From the IMG/VR virus record IMGVR_UViG_3300026085_000008, positions 1-27,672 of that record: DNA of 27,672 nucleotides; one strand, written 5' to 3'. Positions 24,463-27,672 of the stretch are shown piece after piece. Under the pieces are notes generated by a model, which was given only the letters and a program-made list of their open reading frames with translations, did no database searches and was not told the DNA's origin. The position numbers and the translations under genes were made by a program. The stretch is from a virus (taxonomy: Duplodnaviria; Caudoviricetes). Each line of letters starts with the position of its first letter. Positions within the stretch are counted from its first letter, which is position 1.

Positions 24463-24732
24463 TTAAAATGGCAAATCACTATTACCTTGAACATTATTGG
24501 CTTTTGGCGCACTTTCTTGTGTCGTTGGCTTCCAGGTATCAATTCTGACACTATGGGTTTTACCATACTGGTCTGTTTCTCTACGTTTGGAAACAGTCAG
24601 CTTTAGGTAACGCTCACCTTTGTACTCAGTCCAATAATCTCTCACTTTACTTTCAGCGATGCTGATGTTGATAAAGTCATAATTGTCATGCTTTTTGCCT
24701 GACCCTACATAAATTGCTTCTTGATTACTCAT
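24463..24732 (-). CDS. SSB-like single-stranded DNA-binding protein
   Basis: 'IYVGSG', 'DQYGKTHSV.ID.WKP', C-terminal DLPF tail; follows ERF. Confidence 0.65.
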   Translation of the reverse strand: MSNQEAIYVGSGKKHDNYDFINISIAESKVRDYWTEYKGERYLKLTVSKRRETDQYGKTHSVRIDTWKPTTQESAPKANNVQGNSDLPF

Positions 24733-24744
24733 AATATATAAAAA

Positions 24745-25296
24745 TTAACTATTTAACAAATTTGCTACTTCTTTACTCACTTTATACTTCTTGCGAATGT
24801 CTATAAGTGATACTTTTCCTGACTTTAACGCTGATTTAGCATTGTCAAACTTAGCACCGCTCTTTGGAAGCCACTCTAAGTTGCTCTCAGACGCATTTAC
24901 AGCCGTTTTACCGTGCGTATTCGTTGCATCTGAGTCTTTGGTATCATCAATCAAAAATAAGCCGTTTAAAGCGTATTTCCTTGCGTATGACGAACTACTA
25001 CCAAATGACTGAGCGATGTCCATACCTTTCTTGTTCACATCAATACCAGCTTGTGCTGATACAGATATTGTTTTTTCGCCATCAGACAATGTGGCTGTGG
25101 CGTGTACAAACAACACTCCGTGATTCTCGATAAAGTCATTGATTGTCAGAACAAGTTTATGTTCTGTTAATAGAGGTTTAACCGCCTCTAAGATGTCCTC
25201 ACAACTGCGGTAATTATAGTTCCCGAAGTTGTTTCTTTGATTCTTTGGTGCTTTCAATCTCCCTTGAATATCCACCAATTTTTCATAAATATCCAT
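24745..25296 (-). CDS. erf: ERF-family ssDNA annealing protein
   Basis: 'LKAPK.Q.N.FG.Y.YRSCEDILEAVKPLL', 'GS.SSYARKYAL.GLF.IDD.KD.D'. Confidence 0.92.
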   Translation of the reverse strand: MDIYEKLVDIQGRLKAPKNQRNNFGNYNYRSCEDILEAVKPLLTEHKLVLTINDFIENHGVLFVHATATLSDGEKTISVSAQAGIDVNKKGMDIAQSFGSSSSYARKYALNGLFLIDDTKDSDATNTHGKTAVNASESNLEWLPKSGAKFDNAKSALKSGKVSLIDIRKKYKVSKEVANLLNS

Positions 25297-25300
25297 AGTG

Positions 25301-25332
25301 CAAATGTAGTAATCCCAACTGACAAATGCAAA
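25301..25332 (-). promoter_or_regulatory. sigmaA-type promoter (TACATTTG, -33 TTTG) for ERF-SSB operon
   Basis: CAAATGTA 25301-08, CAAA 25329-32. Confidence 0.7.
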
Positions 25333-25336
25333 TGTT

Positions 25337-25714
25337 TTATGAAATTATATCAAAATTATTGAAATTATCTGCGTATTTATTAGTCAAAGAGAATCGCATC
25401 GCTTTCTGTTTCTCATTCTTAACTATAAAAAACCCATTGTGTTCATCAAACCATATGGCAAAGAAATCGCATAAGTGCAATGGATAGCCTCCGCCTTCTC
25501 TATGTAGAGTAACCCTCATGTTATTGTGTGTTGGGTCTTTCTGCCTATCTGAGCTTACATACTTTATCTGTATCTTGAATACCTTACCGTTTTTCTCTAA
25601 TATACAATCGTATGGCGAAGAATCAAGTAGCGGCATAGATACGTTAAATCCGTTCTCCATAGCTCTTGTGGCGAACTTATACTCAGCGAAACAACCTTTT
25701 TGGTTTCTATCCAT
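25337..25714 (-). CDS. PD-(D/E)XK endonuclease (PDDEXK_5-like), start MDRNQKG at 25714
   Basis: 'KG..AE..F......GF.VS.P.....YD', 'KIQIK', 'DFFAI'. Confidence 0.8.
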   Translation of the reverse strand: MDRNQKGCFAEYKFATRAMENGFNVSMPLLDSSPYDCILEKNGKVFKIQIKYVSSDRQKDPTHNNMRVTLHREGGGYPLHLCDFFAIWFDEHNGFFIVKNEKQKAMRFSLTNKYADNFNNFDIIS

Positions 25715-25727
25715 GAAACTAATATAC

Positions 25728-25764
25728 AAAAAAAAAGTGGCAACCTTACGGGATTACCACTTTT
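25728..25764 (-). terminator. Intrinsic terminator
   Basis: AAAAGTGGTAATC-CCGTAA-GGTTGCCACTTTT stem plus U run. Confidence 0.8.
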
Positions 25765-25831
25765 CCTAACATGAAAACAAAAATCAAATAAAAGATACAG
25801 AATGTTCTTTCGGACATCAGAAACTATCTAT
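25728..25831 (-). ncRNA. Candidate ~100-nt small RNA
   Basis: TATATTTG promoter (25836-43) then ~100 nt without a credible ORF, ending in a terminator. Confidence 0.5.
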
Positions 25832-25835
25832 GCTA

Positions 25836-25879
25836 CAAATATACCCCTATTGAATTCATAAATGGGTATTGAATTCATA
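25836..25879 (-). promoter_or_regulatory. sigmaA-type promoter overlapped by two TATTGAATTCATA motifs
   Basis: CAAATATA 25836-43; motifs at 25848 and 25867. Confidence 0.6.
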
Positions 25880-25885
25880 AAGTTA

Positions 25886-26011
25886 TCAACGCCCTTGTCC
25901 ACGATACTTTTTCTTCCAACCACTCTGTCCAACAGAGGCGTTCTTAGAATGTACGTTTGGTCGTTTAGCTCTCGCAGAAGGCGAGTATGTATTAACTATC
26001 TTTTTTGCCAT
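25886..26011 (-). CDS. Small basic protein, 41 aa, ending KKYRGQGR
   Basis: ATG at 26011 overlaps holin end; 'G/N.HSK...YRGQG' recurring phage peptide pattern. Confidence 0.7.
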   Translation of the reverse strand: MAKKIVNTYSPSARAKRPNVHSKNASVGQSGWKKKYRGQGR

Positions 26012-26393
26012 TGCTTCTACCTTTTTCCCAAGTTCTTCCAACAAAATACGCACCGTAAACAGTAACGAGGAGTGTTTGAAATATAGGGATATATTCTTTC
26101 TGTATTGAGAACTGTCCAATGTTTCCATCGGTAAATGCCAGTAAGGTAAATACTGCCGTAAGAAATACCATAACAAGCGGTCGTATATTCTTTGACAAAA
26201 AGCTATCGCTTTGCATGTCAAACTTCCAGCGTTCTGTAACCTGCGTTTGAGCATCGTTATCTGCTTTTTCTAATAGTTCTTGAATCTTTCTCTTGGCTTC
26301 TAAGCGTTCTTCATCGGTTGTAGTAACCTTGTCTATCACTTCACCAATATCCTTCACTAAACCGCCTGTAATGAGTTGTAAGAGCTTTTTCAT
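25992..26393 (-). CDS. Holin (3TM / GTA-type holin family)
   Basis: 'T.DEE', 'RW..DM.SDS.LSKN.RP', hydrophobic helices, 'YF.GR..EK'. Confidence 0.85.
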   Translation of the reverse strand: MKKLLQLITGGLVKDIGEVIDKVTTTDEERLEAKRKIQELLEKADNDAQTQVTERWKFDMQSDSFLSKNIRPLVMVFLTAVFTLLAFTDGNIGQFSIQKEYIPIFQTLLVTVYGAYFVGRTWEKGRSNGKKDS

Positions 26394-26767
26394 TAGTATG
26401 TCCAGATTACGTTAGGCGACTTATCTTCATCGTCTATATCAATGTGTATAAACGTATCAGCAATACCAATTCTTGTAATGCCGTATTCTAAGAACAATCT
26501 AATAAGTTCAAATCTATCTCTTGATGTAGTACACGCCACATCACAAGCTAAACCTTTTAGGTGGCTTGATTCTTTTTTTCCGCCAACCTTAGCATTATGA
26601 GCCTCCGTTCTGTACCCACTTGTAATGTGTATTGGCTTACCATAGTCCTCTCTTACCTCATCGAGTATTTCGAGAAGCTCTTTGCTCATTAGCTGACCAG
26701 AACCTTGTATGTCTGGCGAATCAAATTCAAAGTAATTAAAATACTTCATAACTTCTGTGTTTGGCAC
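26393..26767 (-). CDS. Endolysin, peptidase M15A family (start may be 26749)
   Basis: 'ITSGYR...HN..VGG...SSH..G.A.D', 'FIHID'. Confidence 0.9.
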   Translation of the reverse strand: MPNTEVMKYFNYFEFDSPDIQGSGQLMSKELLEILDEVREDYGKPIHITSGYRTEAHNAKVGGKKESSHLKGLACDVACTTSRDRFELIRLFLEYGITRIGIADTFIHIDIDDEDKSPNVIWTY

Positions 26768-26790
26768 GTTTTTACTTCCGAGTTTGGCGA

Positions 26791-27135
26791 TTACAAGGTA
26801 TTTACTACGCTTTGTATCTCACTTAAATCCACATCAAGGGTAAAACTTAAATCAGCGTTCCATTGTTTTACAGGAGTGCCATTCTTGAAAATTACCACTA
26901 TGGGAACTGTCTTGACTTGACTTTGTAAACTCTTTGGTTGGTCTTCTAACCATCCGAACTCCACTTTACACCCCTTTAATTCTTTTAGGTCTATATTGTG
27001 ATGCTTGTTCCATTTGGCGTTTATCTGCATTACCACCACCTCTTGCGAAGTACCACCCATTTGAGCATTGTTAAGAGGCTTTGTGGCACGTATTGGTGCG
27101 AATAGCAAAAACGCCATCAGGAGTACAGTTCTCAT
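26791..27135 (-). CDS. Exported thioredoxin-fold-like protein lacking CxxC
   Basis: N-terminal signal-like sequence; 'VV...NA.WN', 'VK.VP.VVIFKNG' Trx-like strands. Confidence 0.55.
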   Translation of the reverse strand: MRTVLLMAFLLFAPIRATKPLNNAQMGGTSQEVVVMQINAKWNKHHNIDLKELKGCKVEFGWLEDQPKSLQSQVKTVPIVVIFKNGTPVKQWNADLSFTLDVDLSEIQSVVNTL

Positions 27136-27413
27136 TAGTTTGTCTTTAGTTCATATAATCTTTGCTCGATTATTTCAAGTTTCTCAAAGTTCTTCTCAAT
27201 CAGTTCTCGGTTGTTCATTATCTCGCTTCGTATGGCGTTGTCTTTAAGGTCGTACTCTTGGCGTGAAATAACAGGTTCAGGTAATTCCATAGCCTTGTCA
27301 ATTTGCGCCTTTAGGCTAAAGTAAAACCCCGTTGCTGTACTAATCGCTATCACAAGGGTAACGATTGTTTCAATGCTCAATGAGAACTTTGTATCTTTAG
27401 ACAACTCTGCCAT
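27135..27413 (-). CDS. Membrane-anchored coiled-coil protein
   Basis: One TM helix followed by heptad-rich C-terminus; next to lysis genes. Confidence 0.65.
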   Translation of the reverse strand: MAELSKDTKFSLSIETIVTLVIAISTATGFYFSLKAQIDKAMELPEPVISRQEYDLKDNAIRSEIMNNRELIEKNFEKLEIIEQRLYELKTN

Positions 27414-27419
27414 AACTTA

Positions 27420-27672
27420 TCAATTAAAAGACCAACCTGCGAATGTGTGAACTCCGTTGCCCTCAACAGTAATCTCCTTGCTTGACCATCCATAAGGATA
27501 GTTTATAGTAGATTCCCCATCTTCATTGGCTTCTGTAATTTCACTTGCTTTCCATAGTACATCAACAGAATACTTGGCGCTGTATTCGCCCTCGTCTACT
27601 ACGTTACCTTCATCATCAAATGTAGGCTCTACAATAGGCAAATAACCCAATTTAACAACCGTATGGCTGTGT
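27420..27672 (-). CDS. 5'-partial tail fibre-associated protein
   Basis: Frame open to window edge (HSHTVVKLGYLP...); 'Y.VDVLW...YGW...GVHTFAG' C-terminus. Confidence 0.5.
   Translation of the reverse strand, partial: HSHTVVKLGYLPIVEPTFDDEGNVVDEGEYSAKYSVDVLWKASEITEANEDGESTINYPYGWSSKEITVEGNGVHTFAGWSFN

Noticed and set aside
25800-25822. Hammerhead-like CUGAUG...GAAA on minus strand
   Set aside because: Core reads CUGAUGU, with no stem II between it and GAAA
26012-26254. Long form of ORF 25886..26254
   Set aside because: Out-of-frame overlap within the holin gene; only the 41-aa part from ATG 26011 is credible
1-27672. tRNA, rRNA, integrase/att, transposase, reverse transcriptase/DGR, stop-codon recoding
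   Set aside because: None recognised; conserved genes are intact under the standard bacterial code

Overview
About 27.7 kb of an AT-rich tailed dsDNA phage genome (siphovirus-like gene set), most likely infecting Bacteroidota/Flavobacteriia given the repeated TAnnTTTG (-7) promoters and SD-less, A-rich start regions. Nearly all genes are on the minus strand. In transcription order (right to left): end of a tail-fibre-associated gene; lysis cassette (M15 peptidase endolysin, 3TM holin); replication/recombination block (PD-(D/E)XK nuclease, ERF annealase, SSB-like protein, HTH initiator-like protein with an iteron array, T7-gp4/Twinkle-like primase-helicase, VRR-NUC nuclease, ECF-like sigma factor, RecE-like exonuclease, DnaA domain IV-like protein); packaging (terS candidate, Dam-like MTase, terL); a ~4.5 kb early/accessory island of small genes and repeats with the only plus-strand gene (DUF5664 dATP/dGTP diphosphohydrolase); then tail chaperone with a -1 frameshift, tail completion and distal tail proteins, tape measure, XkdF-like protease, scaffold and the probable start of the major capsid gene. 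The most interesting signals are non-coding: two separate 3+3 arrays of the same 19-bp-period near-palindrome, a 17-bp tandem motif that also covers promoters and is written into a coding sequence, Pho-box-like 11-bp arrays at two early promoters, a phage-sigma late promoter motif, candidate structured/small RNAs, gyrase-site-like periodic elements, and strong over-representation of GGCGA that drops inside the island. All calls are from reading the sequence by eye; no database searches were run.
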